64,000 bases of DNA, from contig OX597819.1 in NCBI GenBank assembly GCA_951406725.2, forward strand, positions 126,356,001 through 126,420,000, in the 5' to 3' direction. This document shows positions 22,940 through 36,897 of the stretch, piece after piece. The notes under the pieces are model-generated. The model made no database searches and was not told the DNA's origin. It worked only from the letters and a program-made list of their open reading frames with translations. The translations under genes and the position numbers were made by a program. This DNA comes from Octopus vulgaris (lineage: Eukaryota). Position 1 is the stretch's first letter. Every line of letters starts with the position of its first letter.

Positions 22940-23672
22940 GTGTTGTATCCGATATTTTTTAATTGAAAGTTGGCTGTTATTTCTTGTAGACCCACTGACT
23001 GAACACTTAGTGTGTCTCTCAATGGCTCGTATCATGTTTTGTTGCCTTGGTTCTTCAAATTTTTGATGATAAAATCTGTGCTGCATTTGTTTATTTAATC
23101 TTGTTAAATATTATAGAATGTCTGGAGGCGTTATATAATAAAAAAGGACAAATCTTAGACATTTATTTGAAATCGTATTTCGTGTCCAACTGCAAGTAAG
23201 AAACTGTTTGAATCTCATATCACCTTTAATATTCCATAGAACTTTTTTTTTTTTTTCTTGTTAATGTTTCATGCGAAAAGGTAAAAATGAAAACATGAAC
23301 TGTTGTTTTATGGACGAATAAAGCAATTTTTCATTCATGATTTGTCATGAATGAAGCCACTGCAAGTAACTGCATCAAATTTTAGGATACAGTTACTTTG
23401 ATATGTTTGAGATGTGTTCATCCATACAGAAATAAGAATTTTTTCATTATCAATTAATATTTTTTTTTTTTTTTGTAGAAATGTTTCTATTTATTTTAAA
23501 GCAACCATCATAAACATGACACATTCCTTCAAAGAATTTATGCTTGATAAGCTTTATTTTTCTTTCGTGTAATTCCTTTAAATGGAGATCCACTTTGAGA
23601 GAGAGAACGGGAAAGAGAGGGCGAGAGAGAGAGAAAGATGGAGAGGAAGAGAGATCGATCGAGAGATAGATA

Positions 23673-23716
<44 letters not shown>

Positions 23717-24566
23717 AGAGAAAGGAACTCTGTGTGTGTGTGTGTTGTGTAAATTAGGTATGATAGTAGTGTAATCCAGCCGATGTACCACTTCACCAGC
23801 CGTGGAAGCCCCACGGTAAGGCGGAAATTTTGTCTGTATACTACCATAAATATTACATATTCATACAAATTGGTTTTCGGTTAAATTGCCTTCAGTACTT
23901 TTCCGGCACATTATTTTCTTCACCATGAAATGATTATAGGCAAAGTTGACTTCGGTAGGATTTCAAGTCAGCCTGTAAAGAGACAGGCGAAATAAATTAA
24001 TGCATTTTGTCCGACGCATTAACGATTCAGCCAATCTATCACACGGAAAGAAAAAAATGGTTAACTTTTGAAACTATCATCGTATTGCTAAGATCCGAGA
24101 GATCAGATATGTGTACAGAGCTTCTGTGCTATATGAGACACACATGAAGGCCTTAGATGAATTTCTCGGCAACTCAACGCAATACATTTGAAACATTGGT
24201 GAGAATTTTATTTACCAAGTCCTTCACTTACACCTGGTACTGTTTGATGTGATGGTGATATAATTGATTATTGTTACCATCTTCAATCAGGAAAAACACA
24301 TTCGGTAATCTAGGACAAGATATACGAAGTTGAGTCATTCATTATTTACTATGCGTTTAAGCTGTTTTTTTCTTTTAATGGTGGGAAAATTTGTTGAACG
24401 CGGTGAACAAGATACAGTTTACTTTAGTCTTTTTTGCGCAAGTCTAAACTTGAAACATTAATCAAGTTATCGCCGTTAGAACATTAGCCATGTCAGCTCC
24501 AAAGAAAGATCCGTTTTCTTTGCACTGAAGGTGTATCAACGGCCGAAATCCAACGAAATATATATA

Positions 24567-24799
24567 TATTTCTTTACTACCCACAAGGAGCTAAACACAG
24601 GCAGGACAAACAAGGACAGACAAACGGATTAAGTCGATTATATTGACTCCAGTGATTTACTAGTACTTAATTTATCGACCCCGAAAGGATGAAAGGCAAA
24701 GTCGACCTCGGCGGAATTTGAACTCTGAACGTAGCGGCAGACGAAATACGGCTACGCATTTCGCCCGGCGTGCTAACGTTTCTGCCAGCTCGCCGCCTT
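24567..24799 (-). mobile_element. Family A SINE with 15-bp TSD (duplicated at ~32243-32476)
   Basis: TSD CCAACGAAATATATA at 24550-24564 and 24801-24815. Confidence 0.93.
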
Positions 24800-25566
24800 C
24801 CCAACGAAATATATAAGTGCATGCAAGATAGTTAATGACACACCCTCGTGTAAATAAATGGGATGATCAAAACTAAAATGATTTTGATGATAGGTCTACT
24901 CAGTTACAGTTCCTTTGTGGTTAAATAACTCAACTAAAACAGCAACTGAAATTAATCTTACATCCAGTTTTCCATCTAATTTCACAGTTTCGAATCAAAT
25001 CTGTTTTCGCGGAAAGTCAGTTAATTGCAGAGAAGTGGACGAAGATTTATTAGCTTAGGCATAAATTTTATGTAACATCTTTATTTCGTGAAATTCGATT
25101 GAAGGATCCTCTTTGGAAAGCCTGTTACTGTTTCCTGGTGTTAAAGTTAAATGTCGCTGGTTTCACATCACCATCTACTTGGCTCTTGGGTGCCATTAGC
25201 AGAGACCACTGTGTTGCAAGCATTCGGTCAAAGTCTCTAGTCTGAGAATAAATGGTTTTTCTATTCTTCCCTATATTCTTGGCGGTATTGAAAAGGAGGT
25301 AGTGGGGTCATCTTTTTTTTCTTTTTTTTTTTAAATAAGTCAGGAAGTTATTAAAAAAAGTTAATGAAACCTTATTAAATGTATAGGGCCTTATGTAACT
25401 TGCAGCTATAGCTTGGCTTCTGTTAATATAAACTATATATAGGGACAGGCATTAATACTGCAAGCCAAATAGGGAGCAGACACGTTTTATCATCGTCATG
25501 ATGATGATGATGATGATGATGATGATAATAATAATAATCATCATCATCATCTATTATTATTATTAT

Positions 25567-25609
<43 letters not shown>

Positions 25610-25619
25610 GCTGCTGCTG

Positions 25620-25685
<66 letters not shown>

Positions 25686-25696
25686 TTATTATTATT

Positions 25697-25920
25697 TAGT
25701 GAGAGAATTGCGCATGCCATCACAGTGACACTGGGGTAAAATTTACGAAGCCCAATATACCCATCACGACAGCACGTCTGATGAGAGTACACGAGGCACA
25801 TGCATCACAACCATATGTGCGCGACATGGTGAACTCGTATCAAGATAAACAGCACAGGACCTTGTAGGTGGGGCCCATTTAGAATTTTCTTCCGGCCGAG
25901 TAGCCCACCCCACTCAAAAG
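25697..25920 (-). mobile_element. (AAT)n-associated element, 3' half (duplicated at 33348-33570)
   Basis: Homologous to the 3' part of 12118-12572; adjoins the (TAT/TAC)n tract at 25551-25696. Confidence 0.8.
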
Positions 25921-27054
25921 GATTTTCTATTTTACATTCTACTATATATGTGAATGTGTGTGTGTTCTCTTAAATAAACGAATGTCTATGTTATGTTGTA
26001 TATATTAAAAACAAAATTTTAAAAATCAGTTAATAATACTGAGACATCATTTCTTTAATGGTTAACACAGAATCTTCGCAATAATAAATCTTAGAGCGAG
26101 TTATAAACAGTAGCTGCAACACATCGTGACGTATAGTTATTATTGCTTGATTACACCTTTTCGATATCAGTGTCTTTACGATACTGGAAAAGAGATAAGT
26201 ATTTGCGAAGGGAACCTACTTTTCATCGACAACTGTGATTGTCACACGCCGATGACGGGTCAATACCCAGAAACTCGAGTCCATGTGTATCATAAGTTGA
26301 AGACGGGAAGGATGGTTTCCCTTTGCAAATACTTATAGGGCACAGAAAGTGTGTCTAAAGCCAGCTGAAGGAGGTGTCCTCCTGGGGCTACAAGCTACTG
26401 TAGCATCCACCCTTAGGGGTTAGCCATATTTAAATGGCAAATATGCGTTACAGAATCTTCGAATGGAGGGAAAAAGACAAAAAATGGAAAGAAAAATACC
26501 AACGAAACTAGTAAGCAAACAGATGAAGCGAAGCCCATTTCTATGTATCCCGTACCTATATGAAAAAAGAACCACACTGGCGCCAGGCGTTGACAATTAT
26601 CTCCCCTTTGGTTTTTAGTTCTTTTTATTTGTGGTCTTAAATAAAACATAGCACGAACGAAAACATCAATAATTACAATAAATATGAATTAGTGGAGAAA
26701 AATGTCATATTTTGGAGTTGATTAATTATATTTCGCTGATTATGTCATTTTTCTTTTTTTTTATTCTTCTTCGTATTTTTGGTTATTTTTGATGTGTTTT
26801 GTTTTTATTATTTTTTACTTTCATTTCTTTCTTTTTTTTTTTTTGTCTTGTTTTAATTAATGTTTAAGTAACTCGAGAAAATACATTACCACTGAGCGTT
26901 AAATATGTTTCTTTTAATTTCAGAAAAAACTTTTGTGCGTGAGTATATATATAAATATATATATTCTTTTAATCGACCGCTAATACTTAATGCATTTGTT
27001 CGGCTTGTTCGCTGGTGCGCTGCCGTACGCTGCTTTGGGGACGACTCTCCCATA

Positions 27055-27288
27055 CCTATATCTTTACAACCCACAAGGGGCTAAACACAGAGGGGACAAA
27101 CAAGAACAGACAAACGGATTAAGTCGATTATATCGACCCCAGTGCGTAACTGGTACTTACTTAATCGACCCCGAAAGGATGAAAGGCAAAGTCGACCTCG
27201 GCGGAATTTGAACTCGGAACGTAGCGGCAGACGAAATACCGCTAAGCATTTCGCCCGGCGTGCTAACGTTTCTGCCAGCTCACCGCCC
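27055..27288 (-). mobile_element. Family A SINE with TSD (duplicated at ~34703-34938)
   Basis: TSD GACTYTCCCATACC at 27043-27056 and 27291-27304. Confidence 0.93.
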
Positions 27289-27796
27289 TCGACTTTCCCA
27301 TACCATTGGGTGTTAAAACACCTAAAAGTCATAGACAGGCGAGACAACTCGTCTCTAATCCTATTCAGAAGCAATGGGTTCCGATATTTCGCCATTTATA
27401 TGGCTTATCAGCATCATGTACTTGAATCGAACCGGGGTCAACCGAATCGCCTGTCTGTGGCTATATAAAGAACCACACTGCATACATAAGATTAAATTCC
27501 ATTACGAATTAAAAGCATCTCTACTGCTGAAAACATTATCGACCGTGCGTCGTCTCCAAAGCGCACCGACCAACAAGCAAATAATATAACTATTTCTTCT
27601 CTTTAGCCTTCCTGTTTTTCGTTAACATTAAGGAGGTCAATTCCCTCGACTTAGATCCAGCACCTTAGTTGTTGATATGAAACATCTCATTATTTTCCTT
27701 AGCTATAACTGAGCTAATTTCACCTCGGGATTCCATACATCGTATTTATAAAGGGAAAATTTTGTATGTATACTTAGAGTTGACACGTTGATGTAA

Positions 27797-27830
<34 letters not shown>

Positions 27831-27855
27831 TTACATCAACGTGTCAACTCTAAGT

Positions 27856-27901
<46 letters not shown>

Positions 27902-27906
<5 letters not shown>

Positions 27907-28662
27907 AATTAAGGACTGAACACGAAAAAGTGGACAGTCAACATGCTAGATATAGACGTCAAATCGCCATTCTCCACAAAAAGTCTATGTTCTCAGATCA
28001 AACTCAACACAAAACCAAAACAATAAACAAGTGAAAAATATACGAAATAAATATTTACCCATGTACTAAATTCAGTTTCGGCTGTTATTTTCCGCAAGGA
28101 AAAGTGCAGCCATCATCAGCATGGTCCCATATAAAATGTAATTTGCTGTACTAAATGCCAACACGATACCGAAATATCGCGTGCATGGAGTACGGCCTAT
28201 TACATTTGAAATATATATTTCAAATGTCTCTAATTTTGGCGCGATGAGACCCGAGAAAACTAGCCTGCAGCTAATAGTTAGCAGCAGTTAATTTATCGGT
28301 TAGAGAACAAATATTTATATAACATTAAATTTAGGGTAAAAATTGATATTTATCAATTGGAACCAGTGGTCTAGCATATTAAAGAAAGAATCCGAAGATT
28401 AAAATATTTATATATACCAATTAAGGACTGAACACGAAAAAGTGGACAGTCAACATGCTAGATATAGACGTCAAATCGCCATTCTCCACAAAAAGTCTAT
28501 GTTCTCAGATCAAACTCAACACAAAACCAAAACAATAAACAAGTGAAAAATATACCAGTCCTTAATTGGTATATATAAATATTTTAATCTTCGGATTCTT
28601 TCTTTAATATGCTAGACCACTGGTTCCAATTGATAAATTTTTACCCTAAATTTAATGTTATA
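27902..28662 (-). mobile_element. Non-autonomous Penelope-like/retrozyme-like element: ~511-bp unit, 142-bp direct repeat and inverted arm (family H3)
   Basis: Direct repeat 27902-28043 = 28413-28555; inverted arms ~28316-28430 and 28556-28662; (TA)n on both sides; canonical hammerhead inside. Confidence 0.8.
28059..28124 (-). ncRNA. Canonical type I hammerhead ribozyme
   Basis: CCATG-CTGATGA-T-GGCTG-CAC-TTTTCC(TTGC)GGAAAA-TAA-CAGCC-GAAA-CTGAATTTAG-TA-CATGG. Stem I CCATG/CATGG, intact core, extended stem II, near-palindromic stem III, GUA cleavage triplet. Confidence 0.88.
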
Positions 28663-28685
28663 TATATATATACATATATATATAC

Positions 28686-28764
<79 letters not shown>

Positions 28765-29245
28765 ACGTGCTTCTTTGGAACAAATTTAAAAATTAGGATA
28801 AAATCTTAATAAGAAATCTTAACAAGAAATTATCAGGTAGTTAGCGTGAAAAACCTCATAAGAGAAACAATCTGTAAATTTTTTCACTTTGTTCCGAAGA
28901 AGCACGTTTCCTACCGAAATGCAGTTCGAAAAAGCCTGCCATTTACATAAATATATGAGGAGTGAACATTTTCATGTGATACGATGGAGGCGACGGTTGT
29001 CTGTCTGGTTCCGCCTGGTATGTTGGTTTTGTTCATTCATGATATATTTTGAATTCGTTTCACTGAAGAACAAGAGGCGTAGAGAATACGTTAATTGCGA
29101 AATCACAGGTGATCTGGAACTAAATTCTGTTTTTAAATGTCTTGCTTCGAGAGCTGCATTCGGTACGATTCGTTTATTTTTTGTAGTTATGACTTTAAAA
29201 TTCCCTCCTAGCGTGTGGCATTTATGTGTAATAATGCCCTCTATA

Positions 29246-29280
<35 letters not shown>

Positions 29281-29296
29281 TGATATTTTTTCCTAT

Positions 29297-29396
29297 NNNN
29301 NNNNNNNNNNNNNNNNNNNNNNNNNNNNNNNNNNNNNNNNNNNNNNNNNNNNNNNNNNNNNNNNNNNNNNNNNNNNNNNNNNNNNNNNNNNNNNNN
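29297..29396. other. Assembly gap (100 N)
   Basis: Run of exactly 100 N. Confidence 1.
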
Positions 29397-29681
29397 CACA
29401 TATTAACTTATTATTTCTAGTTGTTCTTGTTGCTCTTGTTAATCTTCGTTTTCTACCTTTTTTTCTCCCTCTCCTGCTGCACATCCTCACTAAACCACCA
29501 CCACCACCACCAACAGCAACACCAACATCACCACCGCCACTATCATCATCACCATCATCATCATCATCATCACCATCATCAGCATCATCATCATCATCAG
29601 CAGCATCATCATCATCATCATCATCGTCGTCGTCGTCGTCGTCGTCGTCGTCTTTGTTGTCATCACCTTTATCGGCGTCGA

Positions 29682-29716
<35 letters not shown>

Positions 29717-29839
29717 ATAACATCAACAACAACGACAAGTTATTAATGTAGTTGCGTTTATGGAAGGGAGAAATCTCAGGGTGTTTATAAGAGAATATTC
29801 TTATTAATATTTCCATCATAATTACATACGTAGACAGAA

Positions 29840-29894
<55 letters not shown>

Positions 29895-30555
29895 TAAGAA
29901 AGAGGAAAAGAAGGGACACGAGAAAAGGAAAGTCTGAGTGGAGAGAGATGAGGTGAAAGAGATGGAGAGAGGGTGAGGAAGGGAGAGAGGGCGGGAGACG
30001 AGGAGAAAGGGGGAAAGAGATAAATCACGTTGTCTCCTCTCTCGACATCCATACATCCTTACACTATTTAATTATTATTTGATTAGTTACAAGAAACTTA
30101 TGTATACATACATACATACAAACATACATACATACATACATACATACAAACATACATACATACATGCATGCATACATACATACATACATATATACATACA
30201 TACATACATACAAACAACAACACGCACTGTGGTCGATTTCTTTTTCTTTAGACATTTCTCCTTTCCGACGAAGAGTTATGTTCGAAACGTCAAAAGCTCT
30301 TTTTACCGAGCGTCAAACTAATACATTCTCTTGTTCTCTATTAATTTCATCATTCGTTTAACTGAATTGACGGTACATACATACATACATACATACATAC
30401 ATACATACATACATACATACATACATACATACATACATACATACATACATACATACAAAATATATGCATACAATATTAGATATGTATATATTTTATTAAT
30501 TTGCCTGTACGGCTGATAATTCACTTACTACTTGTGATGGTATTTTAATAATACC

Positions 30556-30635
<80 letters not shown>

Positions 30636-33241
30636 GTGTTGTATCCGATATTTTTTAATTGAAAGTTGGCTGTTATTTCTTGTAGACCCACTGACTGAAC
30701 ACTTAGTGTGTCTCTCAATGGCTCGTATCATGTTTTGTTGCCTTGGTTCTTCAAATTTTTGATGATAAAATCTGTGCTGCATTTGTTTATTTAATCTTGT
30801 TAAATATTATAGAATGTCTGGAGGCGTTATATAATAAAAAAGGACAAATCTTAGACATTTATTTGAAATCGTATTTCGTGTCCAACTGCAAGTAAGAAAC
30901 TGTTTGAATCTCATATCACCTTTAATATTCCATAGAACTTTTTTTTTTTTTTTTCTTGTTAATGTTTCATGCGAAAAGGTAAAAATGAAAACAAGAACTG
31001 TTGTTTTATGGACGAATAAAGCAATTTTTCATTCATGATTTGTCATGAATGAAGCCACTGCAAGTAACTGCATCAAATTTTAGGATACAGTTACTTTGAT
31101 ATGTTTGAGATGTGTTCATCCATACAGAAATAAGAATTTTTTCATTATCAATTAATTTTTTTTTTTTTTTTGGTAGAAATGTTTCTATTTATTTTAAAGC
31201 AACCATCATAAACATGACACATTCCTTCAAAGAATTTATGCTTGATAAGCTTTATTTTTCTTTCGTGTAATTCCTTTAAATGGAGATCCACTTTGAGAGA
31301 GAGAACGGGAAAGAGAGGGCGAGAGAGAGAGAAAGATGGAGAGGAAGAGAGATCGATCGATAGATAGAGATAGAGAGAGAGAGAGAAGAGAGAGAGAAAG
31401 GAACTCTGTGTGTGTGTGTGTTGTGTGAATTAGGTATGATAGTAGTGTAATCCAGCCGATGTACCACTTCACCAGCCGTGGAAGCCCCACGGTAAGGCGG
31501 AAATTTTGTCTGTATACTACCATAAATATTACATATTCATACAAATTGGTTTTCGATTAAATTGCCTTCAGTACTTTTCCGGCACATTATTTTCTTCACC
31601 ATGAAATGATTATAGGCAAAGTTGACTTCGGTAGGATTTCAAGTCAGCCTCTAAAGAGACAGGCGAAATAAATTAATGCATTTTGTCCGACGCATTAACG
31701 ATTCAGCCAATCTATCACACGGAAAGAAAAAAATGGTTAACTTTTGAAACTATCATCGTATTGCTAAGATCCGAGAGATCAGATATGTGTACAGAGCTTC
31801 TGTGCTATATGAGACACACATGAAGGCCTTAGATGAATTTCTCGGCAACTCAACGCAATACATTTGAAACATTGGTGAGAATTTTATTTACCAAGTCCTT
31901 CACTTACACCTGGTACTGTTTGATGTGATGGTGATATAATTGATTATTGTTACCATCTTCAATCAGGAAAAACACATTCGGTAATCTAGGACAAGATATA
32001 CGAAGTTGAGTCATTCATTATTTACTATGCGTTTAAGCTGTTTTTTTCTTTTAATGGTGGGAAAATTTGTTGAACGCGGTGAACAAGATACAGTTTACTT
32101 TAGTCTTTTTTGCGCAAGTCTAAACTTGAAACATTAATCAAGTTATCGCCGTTAGAACATTAGCCATGTCAGCTCCAAAGAAAGATCCGTTTTCTTTGCA
32201 CTGAAGGTGTATCAACGGCCGAAATCCAACGAAATATATATATATTTCTTTACTACCCACAAGGAGCTAAACACAGGCAGGACAAACAAGGACAGACAAA
32301 CGGATTAAGTCGATTATATTGACTCCAGTGATTTACTAGTACTTAATTTATCGACCCCGAAAGGATGAAAGGCAAAGTCGACCTCGGCGGAATTTGAACT
32401 CTGAACGTAGCGGCAGACGAAATACGGCTACGCATTTCGCCCGGCGTGCTAACGTTTCTGCCAGCTCGCCGCCTTCCCAACGAAATATATAAATGCATGC
32501 AAGATAGTTAATGACACACCCTCGTGTAAATAAATGGGATGATCAAAACTAAAATGATTTTGATGATAGGTCTACTCAGTTACAGTTCCTTTGTGGTTAA
32601 ATAACTCAACTAAAACAGCAACTGAAATTAATCTTACATCCAGTTTTCCATCTAATTTCACAGTTTCGAATCAAATCTGTTTTCGCGGAAAGTCAGTTAA
32701 TTGCAGAGAAGTGGACGAAGATTTATTAGCTTAGGCATAAATTTTATGTAACATCTTTATTTCGTGAAATTCGATTGAAGGATCCTCTTTGGAAAGCCTG
32801 TTACTGTTTCCTGGTGTTAAAGTTAAATGTCGCTGGTTTCACATCACCATCTACTTGGCTCTTGGGTGCCATTAGCAGAGACCACTGTGTTGCAAGCATT
32901 CGGTCAAAGTCTCTAGTCTGAGAATAAATGGTTTTTCTATTCTTCCCTATATTCTTGGCGGTATTGAAAAGGAGGTAGTGGGGTCATCTTTTTTTTCTTT
33001 TTTTTTTTAAATAAGTCAGGAAGTTATTAAAAAAAGTTAATGAAACCTTATTAAATGTATAGGCCTTATGTAACTTGCAGCTATAGCTTGGCTTCTGTTA
33101 ATATAAACTATATATAGGGACAGGCATTAATACTGCAAGCCAAATAGGGAGCAGACACGTTTTATCATCGTCATGATGATAATGATGATGATGATGATAA
33201 TAATAATAATCATCATCATCATCTATTATTATTATTATTAT

Positions 33242-33336
<95 letters not shown>

Positions 33337-35444
33337 TTATTATTATTTAGTGAGAGAATTGCGCATGCCATCACAGTGACACTGGGGTAAAATTTACGAA
33401 GCCCAATATACCCATCACGACAGCACGTCTGATGAGAGTACACGAGGCACATGCATCACAACCATATGTGCGCGACATGGTGAACTCATATCAAGATAAA
33501 CAGCACATGACCTTGTAGGTGGGGCCCATTTAGAATTTTCTTCCGGCCGAGTAGCCCACCCCACTCAAAAGGATTTTCTATTTTACATTCTACTATATAT
33601 GTGAATGTGTGTGTGTTCTCTTAAATAAACGAATGTCTATGTTATGTTGTATATATTAAAAACAAAATTAAAAAATCATTTAATAATACTGAGACATCAT
33701 TTCTTTAATGGTTAACACAGAATCTTCGCAATAATAAATCTTAGAGCGAGTTATAAACAGTAGCTGCAACACATCGTGACGTATAGTTATTATTGCTTGA
33801 TTACACCTTTTCGATATCAGTGTCTTTACGATACTGGAAAAGAGATAAGTATTTGCGAAGGGAACCTACTTTTCATCGACAACTGTGATTGTCACACGCC
33901 GATGACGGGTCAATACCCAGAAACTCGAGTCCATGTGTATCATAAGTTGAAGACGGGAAGGATGGTTTCCCTTTGCAAATACTTATAGGGCACAGAAAGT
34001 GTGTCTAAAGCCAGCTGAAGGAGGTGTCCTCCTGGGGCTACAAGCTACTGTAGCATCCACCCTTAGGGGTTAGCCATATTTAAATGGCAAATATGCGTTA
34101 CAGAATCTTCGAATGGAGGGAAAAAGACAAAAAATGGAAAGAAAAATACCAACGAAACTAGTAAGCAAACAGATGAAGCGAAGCCCATTTCTATGTATCC
34201 CGTACCTATATGAAAAAAGAACCACACTGGCGCCAGGCGTTGACAATTATCTCCCCTTTGGTTTTTAGTTCTTTTTATTTGTGGTCTTAAATAAAACATA
34301 GCACGAACGAAAACATCAATAATTACAATAAATATGAATTAGTGGAGAAAAATGTCATATTTTGGAGTTGATTAATTATATTTCGCTGATTATGTCATTT
34401 TTTTTTTTTTTATTCTTCTTCGTATTTTTGGTTATTTTTGATGTGTTTTGTTTTTATTATTTTTTACTTTCATTTCTTTCTTTTTTTTTTTTGTCTTGTT
34501 TTAATTAATGTTTAAGTAACTCGAGAAAATACATTACCACTGAGCGTTAAATATGTTTCTTTTAATTTCAGAAAAAACTTTTGTGCGTGAGTATATATAT
34601 AAATATATATATTCTTTTAATCGACCGCTAATACTTAATGCATTTGTTCGGCTTGTTCGCTGGTGCGCTGCCGTACGCTGCTTTGGGGACAACTCTCCCA
34701 TACCTATATCTTTACAACCCACAAGGGGCTAAACACAGAGGGGACAAACAAGGACAGACAAACGGATTAAGTCGATTATATCGACCCCAGTGCGTAACTG
34801 GTACTTACTTAATCGACCCCGAAAGGATGAAAGGCAAAATCGACCTCGGTGGAATTTGAACTCAGAACGTAGCGGCAGACGAAATACCGCTGAGCATTTC
34901 GCCCGGTGTGCTAACGTTTCTGCCAGCTCACCGCCCTCGACTTTCCCATACCATTGGATGTTAAAACACCTAAAAGTCATAGACAGGCAAGACAATTCGT
35001 CTCTAATCTCATTCAGAAGCAATGGGTTCTGATATTTCGCCATTTATATGGCTTATCAGCATCATGTACTTGAATCGAACCGGGGTCAACCGAATCGCCT
35101 GTCTGTGGCTATATAAAGAACCACACTGCATACATAAGATTAAATTCCATTACGAATTAAAAGCATCTCTACTGCTGAAAACATTATCGACCGTGCGTCG
35201 TCTCCAAAGCGCACCGACTAACAAGCAAATAATATAACTATTTCTTCTCTTTATCCTTCCTGTTTTTCGTTAACATTAAGGAGGTCAATTCCCTCGACTT
35301 AGATCCAGCACCTTAGTTGTTGATATGAAACATCTCATTATTTTCCTTAGCTATAACTGAGCTAATTTCACCTCGGGATTCCATACATCGTATTTATAAA
35401 GGGAAAATTTTGTATGTATACTTAGAGTTGACACGTTGATGTAA

Positions 35445-35478
<34 letters not shown>

Positions 35479-35503
35479 TTACATCAACGTGTCAACTCTA
35501 AGT

Positions 35504-35556
<53 letters not shown>

Positions 35557-36298
35557 AATTAAGGACTGAACACGAAAAAGTGGACAGTCAACATGCTAGA
35601 TATAGACGTCAAATCGCCATTCTCCACAAAAAGTCTATGTTCTCAGATCAAACTCAACACAAAACCAAAACAATAAACAAGTGAAAAATATACGAAATAA
35701 ATATTTACCCATGTACTAAATTCAGTTTCGGCTGTTATTTTCCGCAAGGAAAAGTGCAGCCATCATCAGCATGGTCCCATATAAAATGTAATTTGCTGTA
35801 CTAAATGCCAACACGATACCGAAATATCGCGTGCATGGAGTACGGCCTATTACATTTGAAATATATATTTCAAATGTCTCTAATTTTGGCGCGATGAGAC
35901 CCGAGAAAACTAGCCTGCAGCTAATAGTTAGCAGCAGTTAATTTATCGGTTAGAGAACAAATATTTATATAACATTAAATTTAGGGTAAAAATTGATATT
36001 TATCAATTGGAACCAGTGGTCTAGCATATTAAAGAAAGAATCCGAAGATTAAAATATTTATATATACCAATTAAGGACTGAACACGAAAAAGTGGACAGT
36101 CAACATGCTAGATATAGACGTCAAATCGCCATTCTCCACAAAAAGTCTATGTTCTCAGATCAAACTCAACACAAAACCAAAACAATAAACAAGTGAAAAA
36201 TATACCAGTCCTTAATTGGTATATATATATATATTCTTTCTTTAATATATCCAATTGATATTTTTACCTAAATAATATATATATATATATATATATAC

Positions 36299-36382
<84 letters not shown>

Positions 36383-36862
36383 CGTGCTTCTTTGGAACAA
36401 ATTTAAAAATTAGGATAAAATCTTAATAAGAAATCTTAACAAGAAATTATCAGGTAGTTAGCGTGAAAAACCGCATAAGAGAAACAATCTGTAAATTTTT
36501 TCACTTTGTTCCGAAGAAGCACGTTTCTTACCGAAATGCAGTTCGAAAAAGCCTGCCATTTACATAAATATATGAGGAGTGAACATTTTCATGTGATACG
36601 ATGGAGGCGACGGTTGTCTGTCTGGTTCCGCCTGGTATGTTGGTTTTGTTCATTCATGATATATTTTGAATTCGTTTCACTGAAGAACAAGAGGCGTAGA
36701 GAATACGTTAATTGCGAAATCACAGGTGATCTGGAACTAAATTCTGTTTTTAAATGTCTTGCTTCGAGAGCTGCATTCGGTACGATTCGTTTATTTTTTG
36801 TAGTTATGACTTTAAAATTCCCTCCTAGCGTGTGGCATTTATGTGTAATAATGCCCTCTATA

Positions 36863-36897
<35 letters not shown>

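Larger units (their letters stand above)
21733..29296 (+). repeat. Copy 1 of 7.6-kb near-identical tandem duplication
   Basis: Sequence and ORF track repeat at 29397-36913. Confidence 0.97.

Noticed and set aside
28889-29280. Overlapping 119-aa and 102-aa ORFs
   Set aside because: No recognisable motif or splice signals; they lie inside a TA-flanked repeat, and the second occurrence is only due to the duplication.
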